Below the pieces are notes generated by a model. The model worked only from the letters and a program-made list of their open reading frames with translations, was not told where the DNA came from and did no database searches. Of a stretch of DNA of 64,000 nucleotides, positions 15,670 through 29,400 are shown one piece after another (position 1 is the stretch's first letter; each line of letters starts with the position of its first letter). This DNA comes from the human T2T-CHM13v2.0 reference genome, Homo sapiens. Location of the stretch: assembly GCF_009914755.1 (NCBI RefSeq), contig NC_060933.1; one strand, given 5' to 3'. The position numbers were made by a program, and so were the translations under genes.

Positions 15670-18600
15670 TAACCCGAATAGAATGGAATGGAATGGAATG
15701 GAATCAACTCGATTGCAATCGAATGGAATGGAATGGAATTAACCCGAATAGAATGGAATGGAATGGAATGGAACGGAACGGAATTGAATGGAATGGAATG
15801 GAATGGAATGGAATGGAATGGAATGGAACCGAAAGGAATGGAATGGAATGGAATGGACTGGAATGGAATGGAATCAACGCGAGAGCAGGGGAATGGAATG
15901 GAATGGAATGCAATGGAATGGAATCTTTCGGAATGGAATGGAATGGAATGGAATGGAATCAACCCGAGTGCAATGGTATGGAGTGGAATGGAATGGAACA
16001 ACCCGAATGGAATGGAATGGAATGGAGAGTAAGGGAGTTGAATAGAATCAATCCGAATGTAATGGAATGTAATGGAACGGAATGGAATTGAATGGAATGG
16101 AATGGAATGCAATGGAATGGAATCAACCCGAGTGCAATGGAATGGAGAGGAATGGAATGGAATGGAATGGAAACTACCCGAATGGAATGGAATGGAATGC
16201 AGTGTAAGGGAATTGAATAGAATCAATCCGAATGTAATGGAATGGAACGGAATGGAATGGAATGGAATGGAATGGAATGGAATGGAATGCAATGGAATGG
16301 AATCAACCCGAGTGCAATCGAATGGAATCCAATGGAATGGAATGCAATGGAATGGATTCAACTTGAATGGAATGGAAAGAATGGAATCAACCCGAGTGGA
16401 ATGGCATGGATTGGAATGGAATGGAATGGAATCAACCCGAGTACAGGGGAATGGAGTGGAATGGAATGCAATGGAATGGAATCATCCGTAATGGAATGGA
16501 AAGGAATGGAATGGAATGGAATGGAATGGAATGGAATGGAATGGAATCAACTCGATTGCAATCGAATGGAATGGAATGGAATTAACCCGAATAGAATGGA
16601 ATGGAATGGAATGGAACGGAACAGAATGGAATGGAATGGAATGGAACGGAACGGAACAGAACGGAATGGAATGTAATGGAATGGAATGGAATCAACGCCA
16701 GTGCAGGGGAATGGAATGGAATGGAATGCAATGGAATGGAATCTTCCGGAATGGAATGGAATGGAATGGAATGGAATGAAATGCAATGGATTCAACTCGA
16801 CTGCAATGGAATGGAATAGAATGGAATGGAATGGAATGGAATGGAATGGAATTAACCCGAATAGAATGGAATGGAATGGAATGGAATGGAACTGAATGGA
16901 TTGGAATTGAATGGAATGGAATAGAATGGAATGGAATTAACCCGAATAGAATGGAATGGAATGGAATGGAACGGAACGGAACGGAACGGAATGGAATGGA
17001 ATGGAATGGAATGGAATGGAATGGAATGGAATCAACCCGACTTCAGGGGAATGGAATGGAATGGAATGCAATGGAATAGATTCAACTTGAATGGAATGGA
17101 AAGAATGGAATCAACACGAGTGGAATGGCATGGATTGGAATGGAAGGGAATGGAATCAACCCGAGTACAGGGGAATGGAATGGAATGGAATGCAATGGAA
17201 TGGAATCATCCGTAATGGAATAGAAAGGAATGGAATGGAATGGAATGGAATGGAATGGAATGGAATGGAATGGAATGGAATCAACTCGATTGCAATCGAA
17301 TGGAATGGAATGGAATTAACCCGAATAGAATGAAATGGAATGGAATGGAACGGAACGGAATGGAATGGAACGGAATGGAATGGAATGGAATGGAACCGAA
17401 AGGAATGGAATGGAATGGAATGGAGTGGAATGGAATGGAATCAACGTGAGTGCAGGGGAATGGAATGGAATGGAATGCAATGGAGTGGCATCTTCCGGAA
17501 TGGAATGGAAAGGAATGGAATGGAATGGAACGGAATCAACCCGAGTGCAATGGAATGGAGTGGAATGGAATGGAACAACCCGAATGGAATGGAATGTAAT
17601 GGAGCGTAAGGGAGTTGAATAGAATCAATCCGAATGTAATGGAATGGAATGGAACGGAATGGAATTGAATGGAATGGAATGGAATGCAATGGAATGGAAT
17701 CAACCCGAGTGCAATGGAATGGAGAGGAATGGAATGGAATGGAATGGAAACTACCCGAATGGAATGGAATGGAATGCAGTGTAAGGGAATTGAATAGAAT
17801 CAATCCGAATGTAATGGAATGGAACGGAATGGAATGGAATGGAATGGAATGGAATGGAATGGAATGCAATGGAATGGAATCTTCTGGAATGGAATGGAAT
17901 GGAATGGAATGGAATGGAATGAAATGCAATGGATTCAACTCGACTGCAATGGAATGGAATAGAATGGAATGGAATGGAATGGAATGGAATGGAATTAACC
18001 CGAATAGAATGGAATGGAATGGAATGGAACGGAATGGAACTGAATGGAATGGAATGGAATGGAATGGTATGGAATTGAATGGAATGGTACGGAATAGAAT
18101 GGAATGGAACGAATTGTAATGGAATGGAATTGAATGGAATGGAATGGAATGGAATGGAATCAACGCGAGTGCAGGGGAATGGAATGGAACGGAATGCAAT
18201 GGAATGGAATCATCCGGAATGTAATGGAATGGAATGGAAAGGAATGGAATGGAATCAACCCGAGTGCAATGGAATGGAGTGGAATGGAATGGAATGGAAT
18301 GGAACAACCCGAATGGAATGTAATGTAATGGAGTGTAAGGGAATTGAATAGAATGAATCCGAATGGAATGGAATGGAATGGAAAGGAATGGAATGGAATG
18401 GAATGGAATGGAAAGGAATGGAATGGAATGGAATGCAATGCCATGGAATCAACACGAGTGCAAACGAATGGTATCGAATGGAATGGAATGCAATGGAATG
18501 GATTCATCTTGAATGGAATGGAAAGAATGGAATCAACACGAGTGGAATGGCATGGATTGGAATGGAATGGAATGGAATCAACCCGAGTACAGGGGAAAGG

Positions 18601-21600
18601 AATGGAATGGAATGGAATGGAATGGAATCATCCGTAATGTAATGGAAAGGAATGGAATGGAATGGAATGGAATGGAATGGAATGGAATGGAATGGAATCA
18701 ACTCGATTGCAATCGAATGGAATGGAATGGAATTAACCCGAATAGAATGGAATGGAATGGAATGGAATGGAACGGAACGGAATGGAATGGAATGGAATGG
18801 AACGGAACGGAACGGAATGGAATGGAATGGAATGGAGTGGAATGGAATGGAATGGAATCAACGCGAGTGCAGGGGAATGGAATGGAATGGAATGCAATGG
18901 AATGGAATCTTCCGGAATGGAATGGAATGGAATGGAATGGAATGAAATGAAATGGATTCAACTCGATTGCAATGGAATGGAATAGAATGGAATGGAATGG
19001 AATGGAATGGAATGGAATTAACCCGAATAGAATGGAATGGAATGGAATGGAACGGAATGGAACGGAATGGAATGCAATGGAATGGAATGGAATGGAATGG
19101 AACGGAATGGAATGGAATGGAATTAACCCGAATAGAATGGAATGGAATGGAATGGAACGGAATGGAACGGAATGGAATGGAATGGAATGGAATGGAATGG
19201 TATGTAATGGAATGGAATGGTACGGAATAGAATGGAATGGAACGAATTGTAATGGAATGGAATTGAATGGAATGGAATGGAATGGAATGGAATCAACGCG
19301 AGTGCAGGGGAATGTAATGAAACGGAATGCAATGGAATGGAATCATCCGGAATGAATGGAATGGAATGGAATGGAATGGAATCAACCCGAGTGCAATGGA
19401 ATGGAGTGGAATGGAATGGAATGGAATGGAAGAACCCGAATGGAATGGAATGTAATGGAGAGTAAGGGAGTTGAATAGAATCAATCCGAATGTAATGGAA
19501 TGGAAAGCAACGGAATGGAATGGAATAGAATGGAATGGAATGGAATGGAATGGAATGCAATGGAATGGAATCAACCCGAGTACAATGGAATGGAATGGAA
19601 TGGAATGGAATGGAATGGAATGGAATGGAATCAACGCGAGTGCAGGGGAATGGAATGGAATGGAATGCAATGGAATGGAATCTTCCGGAATGGAATGGAT
19701 TGGAATGGAATGGAATGAAATGCAATGGATTCAACTCGATTGCAATGGAATGGAATAGAATGCAATGGAATGGAATGGAATGGAATTAACACGAATAGAA
19801 TGGAATGGAATGGAATGGAACGGAATGGAACGGAATGGAATGCAATGGAATGGAATGGAATGGAACGGAATGGAATGGAATGGAATTAACCCGAATAGAA
19901 TGGAATGGAATGGAATGGAATGGAATGGAATCAACTCGATTGCAATCGAATGGAATGGAATGGAATTAACCCGAATAGAATGGAATGGAATGGAATGGAA
20001 CGGAACGGAATTGAATGGAATGGAATGGAATGGAATGGAATGGAATGGAATGGAACCGAAAGGAATGGAATGGAATGGAATGGACTGGAATGGAATGGAA
20101 TCAACGCGAGTGCAGGGGAATGGAATGGAATGGAATGCAATGGAATGGAATCTTTCGGAATGGAATGGAATGGAATGGAATGGAATCAACCCGAGTGCAA
20201 TGGTATGGAGTGGAATGGAATGGAACAACCCGAATGGAATGGAATGGAATGGAGAGTAAGGGAGTTGAATAGAATCAATCCGAATGTAATGGAATGTAAT
20301 GGAACGGAATGGAATTGAATGGAATGGAATGGAATGCAAAGGAATGGAATCAACCCGAGTGCAATGGAATGGACAGGAATGGAATGGAATGGAATGGAAA
20401 CTACCCGAATGGAATGGAATGGAATGCAGTGTAAGGGAATTGAATAGAATCAATCCGAATGTAATGGAATGGAACGGAATGGAATGGAATGGAATGGAAT
20501 GGAATGGAATGGAATGCAATGGAATGGAATCAACCCGAGTGCAATCGAATGGAATCCAATGGAATGGAATGCAATGGAATGGATTCAACTTGAATGGAAT
20601 GGAAAGAATGGAATCAACCCGAGTGGAATGGCATGGATTGGAATGGAATGGAATGGAATCAACCCGAGTACAGGGGAATGGAGTGGAATGGAATGCAATG
20701 GAATGGAATCATCCGTAAAGGAATGGAAAGGAATGGAATGGAATGGAATGGAATGGAATGGAATGGAATGGAATCAACTCGATTGCAATCGAATGGAATG
20801 GAATGGAATTAACCCGAATAGAATGGAATGGAATGGAATGGAACGGAACAGAATGGAATGGAATGGAATGGAACGGAACGGAACAGAACGGAATGGAATG
20901 TAATGGAATGGAATGGAATCAACGCCAGTGCAGGGGAATGGAATGGAATGGAATGCAATGGAATGGAATCTTCCGGAATGGAATGGAATGGAATGGAATG
21001 GAATGAAATGCAATGGATTCAACTCGACTGCAATGGAATGGAATAGAATGGAATGGAATGGAATGGAATGGAATGGAATTAACCCGAATAGAATGGAATG
21101 GAATGGAATGGAATGGAACTGAATGGATTGGAATTGAATGGAATGGAATAGAATGGAATGGAATTAACCCGAATAGAATGGAATGGAATGGAATGGAACG
21201 GAACGGAATGGAATGGAATGGAATGGAATGGAATGGAATGGAATGGAATCAACCCGACTTCAGGGGAATGGAATGGAATGGAATGCAATGGAATAGATTC
21301 AACTTGAATGGAATGGAAAGAATGGAATCAACACGAGTGGAATGGCATGGATTGGAATGGAAGGGAATGGAATCAACCCGAGTACAGGGGAATGGAATGG
21401 AATGGAATGCAATGGAATGGAATCATCCGTAATGGAATAGAAAGGAATGGAATGGAATGGAATGGAATGGAATGGAATGGAATGGAATGGAATGGAATGG
21501 AATGGAATCAACTCGATTGCAATCGAATGGAATGGAATGGAATTAACCCGAATAGAATGAAATGGAATGGAATGGAACGGAACGGAATGGAATGGAATGG

Positions 21601-24120
21601 AATGGAATGGAACCGAAAGGAATGGAATGGAATGGAATGGAGTGGAATGGAATGGAATCAACGTGAGTGCAGGGGAATGGAATGGAATGGAATGCAATGG
21701 AGTGGCATCTTCCGGAATGGAATGGAAAGGAATGGAATGGAATGGAACGGAATCAACCCGAGTGCAATGGAATGGAGTGGAATGGAATGGAACAACCCGA
21801 ATGGAATGGAATGTAATGGAGCGTAAGGGAGTTGAATAGAATCAATCCGAATGTAATGGAATGGAATGGAACGGAATGGAATTGAATGGAATGGAATGGA
21901 ATGCAATGGAATGGAATCAACCCGAGTGCAATGGAATGGAGAGGAATGGAATGGAATGGAATGGAAACTACCCGAATGGAATGGAATGGAATGCAGTGTA
22001 AGGGAATTGAATAGAATCAATCCGAATGTAATGGAATGGAACGGAATGGAATGGAATGGAATGGAATGGAATGGAATGGAATGGAATGGAATGCAATGGA
22101 ATGGAATCTTCTGGAATGGAATGGAATGGAATGGAATGGAATGAAATGCAATGGATTCAACTCGACTGCAATGGAATGGAATAGAATGGAATGGAATGGA
22201 ATGGAATGGAATGGAATTAACCCGAATAGAATGGAATGGAATGGAATGGAACGGAATGGAACTGAATGGAATGGAATGGAATGGAATGGTATGGAATTGA
22301 ATGGAATGGTACGGAATAGAATGGAATGGAACGAATTGTAATGGAATGGAATTGAATGGAATGGAATGGAATGGAATGGAATCAACGCGAGTGCAGGGGA
22401 ATGGAATGGAACGGAATGCAATGGAATGGAATCATCCGGAATGTAATGGAATGGAATGGAAAGGAATGGAATGGAATCAACCCGAGTGCAATGGAATGGA
22501 GTGGAATGGAATGGAATGGAATGGAACAACCCGAATGGAATGTAATGTAATGGAGTGTAAGGGAATTGAATAGAATGAATCCGAATGGAATGGAATGGAA
22601 TGGAAAGGAATGGAATAGAATGGAATGGAATGGAAAGGAATGGAATGGAATGGAATGCAATGCCATGGAATCAACACGAGTGCAAACGAATGGAATCGAA
22701 TGGAATGGAATGCAATGGAATGGATTCATCTTGAATGGAATGGAAAGAATGGAATCAACACGAGTGGAATGGCATGGATTGGAATGGAATGGAATGGAAT
22801 CAACCCGAGTACAGGGGAAAGGAATGGAATGGAATGGAATGGAATGGAATCATCCGTAATGTAATGGAAAGGAATGGAATGGAATGGAATGGAATGGAAT
22901 GGAATGGAATCAACTCGATTGCAATCGAATGGAATGGAATGGAATTAACCCGAATAGAATGGAAAGGAATGGAATGGAATGGAACGGAACGGAATGGAAT
23001 GGAATGGAATGGAACGGAACGGAACGGAATGGAATGGAATGGAATGGAGTGGAATGGAATGGAATGGAATCAACGCGAGTGCAGGGGAATGGAATGGAAT
23101 GGAATGGAATGCAATGGAATGGAATCTTCCGGAATGGAATGGAATGGAATGGAATGGAATGAAATGCAATGGATTCAACTCGATTGCAATGGAATGGAAT
23201 AGAATGGAATGGAATGGAATGGAATGGAATGGAATGGAATTAACCCGAATAGAATGGAATGGAATGGAATGGAACGGAATGGAACGGAATGGAATGCAAT
23301 GGAATGGAATGGAATGGAATGGAACGGAATGGAATGGAATGGAATTAACCCGAATAGAATGGAATGGAATGGAATGGAACGGAATGGAACGGAATGGAAT
23401 GGAATGGAATGGAATGGAATGGTATGTAATGGAATGGAATGGTACGGAATAGAATGGAATGGAACGAATTGTAATGGAATGGAATTGAATGGAATGGAAT
23501 GGAATGGAATGGAATCAACGCGAGTGCAGGGGAATGTAATGGAACGGAATGCAATGGAATGGAATCATCCGGAATGAATGGAATGGAATGGAATGGAATG
23601 GAATCAACCCGAGTGCAATGGAATGGAGTGGAATGGAATGGAATGGAATGGAAGAACCCGAATGGAATGGAATGTAATGGAGAGTAAGGGAGTTGAATAG
23701 AATCAATCCGAATGTAATGGAATGGAAAGCAACGGAATGGAATGGAATAGAATGGAATGGAATGGAATGGAATGGAATGCAATGGAATGGAATCAACCCG
23801 AGTACAATGGAATGGAATGGAATGGAATGGAATGGAATGGAATGGAATGGAATGGAATGGAATCAAAACGAGTGCAGGGGAATGGAATGGAATGGAATGC
23901 AATGGAATGGAATCTTCCGGAATGGAATGGAATGGAATGGAATGGAATGAAATGCAATGGATTCAACTCGATTGCAATGGAATGGAATAGAATGCAATGG
24001 AATGGAATGGAATGGAATTAACCCGAATAGAATGGAATGGAATGGAATGGAACGGAATGGAACGGAATGGAATGCAATGGAATGGAATGGAATGGAACGG
24101 AATGGAATGGAATGGAATTA
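15670..24120 (+). repeat. ~4.22-kb tandem duplication (~15670-19886 / ~19887-24120)
   Basis: ORF pairs at offsets 4222-4227 (16072/20299, 16547/20774, 18079/22301, 19277/23499). Confidence 0.87.
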
Positions 24121-26480
24121 ACCCGAATAGAATGGAATGGAATGGAATGGAACGGAATGGAACGGAATGGAATGGAATGGAATGGAGTGGAATGGTATGG
24201 AATGGAATGGAATGGTACGGAATAGAATGGAATGGAACGAATTGTAATGGAATGGAATTGAATGGAATTGAATGGAATGGAATGGAATCAACGCGAGTGC
24301 AGGGGAATGTAATGGAACGGAATGCAATGGAATGGAATCATCCGGAATGAATGGAATGGAATGGAATGGAATGGAATCAACCCGAGTGCAATGGAATGGA
24401 GTGGAATGGAATGGAATGGAATGGAAGAACCCGAATGGAATGGAATGTAATGGAGAGTAAGGGAGTTGAATAGAATCAATCCGAATGTAATGGAATGGAA
24501 AGCAACGGAATGGAATGGAATAGAATGGAATGGAATGGAATAGAATGGAATGTAATGGAATGGAATGGAATGCAATGGAATGGAATCAACCCGAGTACAA
24601 TGGAATGGAATGGAATGGAATGGAATGGAATGGAATGGAATGGAATGGAATCAACGCGACTGCAGGGGAATGGAATGGAACGGAATGCAATGGAATGGAA
24701 TCATCCGGAATGGAATGGAATGGAATGGAAAGGAATGGAATGGAATCAACCCCAGTGCAATGGAATGGAGTGGAATGGAATGGAATGGAATGGAACAACC
24801 CGAATGGAATGTAATGTAATGGAGTGTAAGGGAATTGAATAGAATGAATCCGAATGGAATGGAATGGAATGGAAAGGAATGGAATGGAATGAAATGGAAT
24901 GCAATGGAATGGAATGCAATGCCATGGAATCAACACGAGTGCAAACGAATGGAATCGAATGGAATGGAATGCAATGGAATGGATTCATCTTGAATGGAAT
25001 GGAAAGAATGGAATCAACACGAGTGGAATGGCATGGATTGGAATGGAATGGAATGGAATCAACCCGAGTACAGGGGAAAGGAATGGAATGGAATGGAATG
25101 GAATGGAATGGAATCAACTCGATTGCAATCGAATGGAATGGAATGGAATTAACCCGAATAGAGTGGAATGGAATGGAATGGAATGGAACGGAACGGAATG
25201 GAATGGAATGGAATGGAATGGAATGAAATGGAACGGAACGGAACGGAACGGAATGGAATGGAATGGAATGGAATGGAATGGAATCAACGCGAGTGCAGGG
25301 GAATGGAATGGAATGGAATGCAATGGAATGGAACCTTCCGGAATGGAATGGAATGGAATGGAATGGAATGGAATGAAATGCAATAGATTCAACTCGATTG
25401 CAATGGAATGGAATAGAATGGAATGGAATGCAATGGAATGGAATGGAATGGAATTAACCCGAATAGAATGGAATGGAATGGAATGGAACGGAATGGAACG
25501 GAATGGAATGGAATGGAATGGAATGGAATGGTATGGAATGGAATGGAATGGAATGGAATGGAATGGAACAACCCGAATGGAATGGAATGTAATGAAGAGT
25601 AAGGGATTTGAATACAATCAATCCGAATGACATGGAATGGAATGCAACGGAATGGAATGGAATGGAATGCAATGGAATTGAATCAACCCGAGTACAATGG
25701 AATGGAATGGAATGGAATGGAATGGAATGGAATGGAATGGAATTGAATGGAATGGAATGTCTTCAAACCGAATGGAATGGAAAGCAATGGAATCAACACG
25801 AGTGGAATGGAATGGAATGGAATGGAATGGAATGGAATGGTACGGAATAGAATGGAATGGAACGAAATGGAATGGAATGGAATGGAATGGAATGGAATGG
25901 AATGGAATGGAATCGTTCCGAGTGGAATAGGAGGGAATGTATTCGAGTGGAATGGAAAGGAATGGAATCAACCAGAGTGGAATGGAAGGGAATGGAATGG
26001 AATGGAAACTAATAGAATGGAATCAACCCGAGTGGAATGGAATGGAAAGCACTGGAATGGAATGGAATGGAATGGAATCAACTCGATTGTAATGGAATGG
26101 AATGGAATGGAATGGAATGGAAAGGAATGCAATGGAATCAACCCGAATACAATGGAATGGAATGGAATGCAATGGAATGGAGTGGAATGGAATGGAATCA
26201 ACCCGAGTGCAGGGGAATGGAATGGAATGGAATGCAATGGAAAGGAATCATCCGGAATGGAATGGAATGGAATGGAATGCAAAGCAATGGAATCAACTCG
26301 ATTGCAATGGAATGGAATGGAATGGAAAGGAATAGAATGGAATCAACCCGAGTGGAATGGAATGGAAAGGACTGGAATTGAGTGAAATGGAATGCAATGG
26401 AATGGAATCAACTCGATTGGAATGGACTGGAATGGAATGGAATGTTATGGAATGGAATTAACCCGAATAGAATGGAATGG
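18660..26480 (+). repeat. ~7.82-kb unit, copy 1 (partial copy ~26480-31190; full copy ~31760-39560)
   Basis: ORF pairs at offset 7825 (18698/26523, 19123/26948) and at 13087-13097 (20299/33396, 23997/37084, 24899/37986, 25968/39060). Confidence 0.87.
23070..24650 (+). repeat. ~0.78-kb tandem duplication (also present at ~36160-37740)
   Basis: Identical ORFs 23499/24272 and 36586/37359 (offset 773). Markers GAAGAACCCG and GAAAGCAACGG occur twice; the paralog at ~60440-61200 has only one copy. Confidence 0.82.
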
Positions 26481-29400
26481 AATGGAATGGAATGGAATGG
26501 AATGGAATGGAATGGAATGGAATCAACTCGATTGCAATCGAATGGAATGGAATGGAATTAACCCGAATAGAATGGAATGGAATGGAATGGAATGGAACGG
26601 AACGGAATGGAATGGAATGGAATGGAACGGAACGGAACGGAATGGAATGGAATGGAATGGAGTGGAATGGAATGGAATGGAATCAACGCGAGTGCAGGGG
26701 AATGGAATGGAATGGAATGCAATGGAATGGAATCTTCCGGAATGGAATGGAATGGAATGGAATGGAATGAAATGCAATGGATTCAACTCGATTGCAATGG
26801 AATGGAATAGAATGGAATGGAATGGAATGGAATGGAATGGAATTAACCCGAATAGAATGGAATGGAATGGAATGGAACGGAATGGAACGGAATGGAATGC
26901 AATGGAATGGAATGGAATGGAATGGAACGGAATGGAATGGAATGGAATTAACCCGAATAGAATGGAATGGAATGGAATGGAACGGAATGGAACGGAATGG
27001 AATGGAATGGAATGGAATGGAATGGTATGTAATGGAATGGAATGGTACGGAATAGAATGGAATGGAACGAATTGTAATGGAATGGAATTGAATGGAATGG
27101 AATGGAATGGAATGGAATCAACGCGAGTGCAGGGGAATGTAATGGAACGGAATGCAATGGAATGGAATCATCCGGAATGAATGGAATGGAATGGAATGGA
27201 ATGGAATCAACCCGAGTGCAATGGAATGGAGTGGAATGGAATGGAATGGAATGGAAGAACCCGAATGGAATGGAATGTAATGGAGAGTAAGGGAGTTGAA
27301 TAGAATCAATCCGAATGTAATGGAATGGAAAGCAACGGAATGGAATGGAATAGAATGGAATGGAATGGAATGGAATGGAATGCAATGGAATGGAATCAAC
27401 CCGAGTACAATGGAATGGAATGGAATGGAATGGAATGGAATGGAATGGAATGGAATCAACGCGAGTGCAGGGGAATGGAATGGAATGGAATGCAATGGAA
27501 TGGAATCTTCCGGAATGGAATGGAATGGAATGGAATGGAATGAAATGCAATGGATTCAACTCGATTGCAATGGAATGGAATAGAATGCAATGGAATGGAA
27601 TGGAATGGAATTAACACGAATAGAATGGAATGGAATGGAATGGAACGGAATGGAACGGAATGGAATGCAATGGAATGGAATGGAATGGAACGGAATGGAA
27701 TGGAATGGAATTAACCCGAATAGAATGGAATGGAATGGAATGGAATGGAATGGAATCAACTCGATTGCAATCGAATGGAATGGAATGGAATTAACCCGAA
27801 TAGAATGGAATGGAATGGAATGGAACGGAACGGAATTGAATGGAATGGAATGGAATGGAATGGAATGGAATGGAACCGAAAGGAATGGAATGGAATGGAA
27901 TGGACTGGAATGGAATGGAATCAACGCGAGTGCAGGGGAATGGAATGGAATGGAATGCAATGGAATGGAATCTTTCGGAATGGAATGGAATGGAATGGAA
28001 TGGAATCAACCCGAGTGCAATGGTATGGAGTGGAATGGAATGGAACAACCCGAATGGAATGGAATGGAATGGAGAGTAAGGGAGTTGAATAGAATCAATC
28101 CGAATGTAATGGAATGTAATGGAACGGAATGGAATTGAATGGAATGGAATGGAATGCAAAGGAATGGAATCAACCCGAGTGCAATGGAATGGACAGGAAT
28201 GGAATGGAATGGAATGGAAACTACCCGAATGGAATGGAATGGAATGCAGTGTAAGGGAATTGAATAGAATCAATCCGAATGTAATGGAATGGAACGGAAT
28301 GGAATGGAATGGAATGGAATGGAATGGAATGGAATGGAATGCAATGGAATGGAATCAACCCGAGTGCAATCGAATGGAATCCAATGGAATGGAATGCAAT
28401 GGAATGGATTCAACTTGAATGGAATGGAAAGAATGGAATCAACCCGAGTGGAATGGCATGGATTGGAATGGAATGGAATGGAATCAACCCGAGTACAGGG
28501 GAATGGAGTGGAATGGAATGCAATGGAATGGAATCATCCGTAAAGGAATGGAAAGGAATGGAATGGAATGGAATGGAATGGAATGGAATGGAATGGAATG
28601 GAATCAACTCGATTGCAATCGAATGGAATGGAATGGAATTAACCCGAATAGAATGGAATGGAATGGAATGGAACGGAACAGAATGGAATGGAATGGAATG
28701 GAACGGAACGGAACAGAACGGAATGGAATGTAATGGAATGGAATGGAATCAACGCCAGTGCAGGGGAATGGAATGGAATGGAATGCAATGGAATGGAATC
28801 TTCCGGAATGGAATGGAATGGAATGGAATGGAATGAAATGCAATGGATTCAACTCGACTGCAATGGAATGGAATAGAATGGAATGGAATGGAATGGAATG
28901 GAATGGAATTAACCCGAATAGAATGGAATGGAATGGAATGGAATGGAACTGAATGGATTGGAATTGAATGGAATGGAATAGAATGGAATGGAATTAACCC
29001 GAATAGAATGGAATGGAATGGAATGGAACGGAACGGAATGGAATGGAATGGAATGGAATGGAATGGAATGGAATCAACCCGACTTCAGGGGAATGGAATG
29101 GAATGGAATGCAATGGAATAGATTCAACTTGAATGGAATGGAAAGAATGGAATCAACACGAGTGGAATGGCATGGATTGGAATGGAAGGGAATGGAATCA
29201 ACCCGAGTACAGGGGAATGGAATGGAATGGAATGCAATGGAATGGAATCATCCGTAATGGAATAGAAAGGAATGGAATGGAATGGAATGGAATGGAATGG
29301 AATGGAATGGAATGGAATGGAATGGAATCAACTCGATTGCAATCGAATGGAATGGAATGGAATTAACCCGAATAGAATGAAATGGAATGGAATGGAACGG

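Larger units (their letters stand above)
11960..19430 (+). repeat. ~3.75-kb tandem duplication (~11960-15665 / ~15700-19430)
   Basis: Identical or near-identical ORF translations at offsets 3733-3763 (12339/16072, 13338/17091, 14321/18079, 14935/18698). Marker AACCGAAAGG at ~12104/15827 and ~13641/17394. Confidence 0.85.

Noticed and set aside
25911-25950. AATCGTTCCGAGTGGAATAGGAGG as an HSE or Shine-Dalgarno-like signal
   Set aside because: TTC is one base out of the nGAAn register, and AGGAGG has no meaning in eukaryotic satellite. Kept only as a marker (25911, 31193, 39003, 41943, 51332, 55041, 62516).
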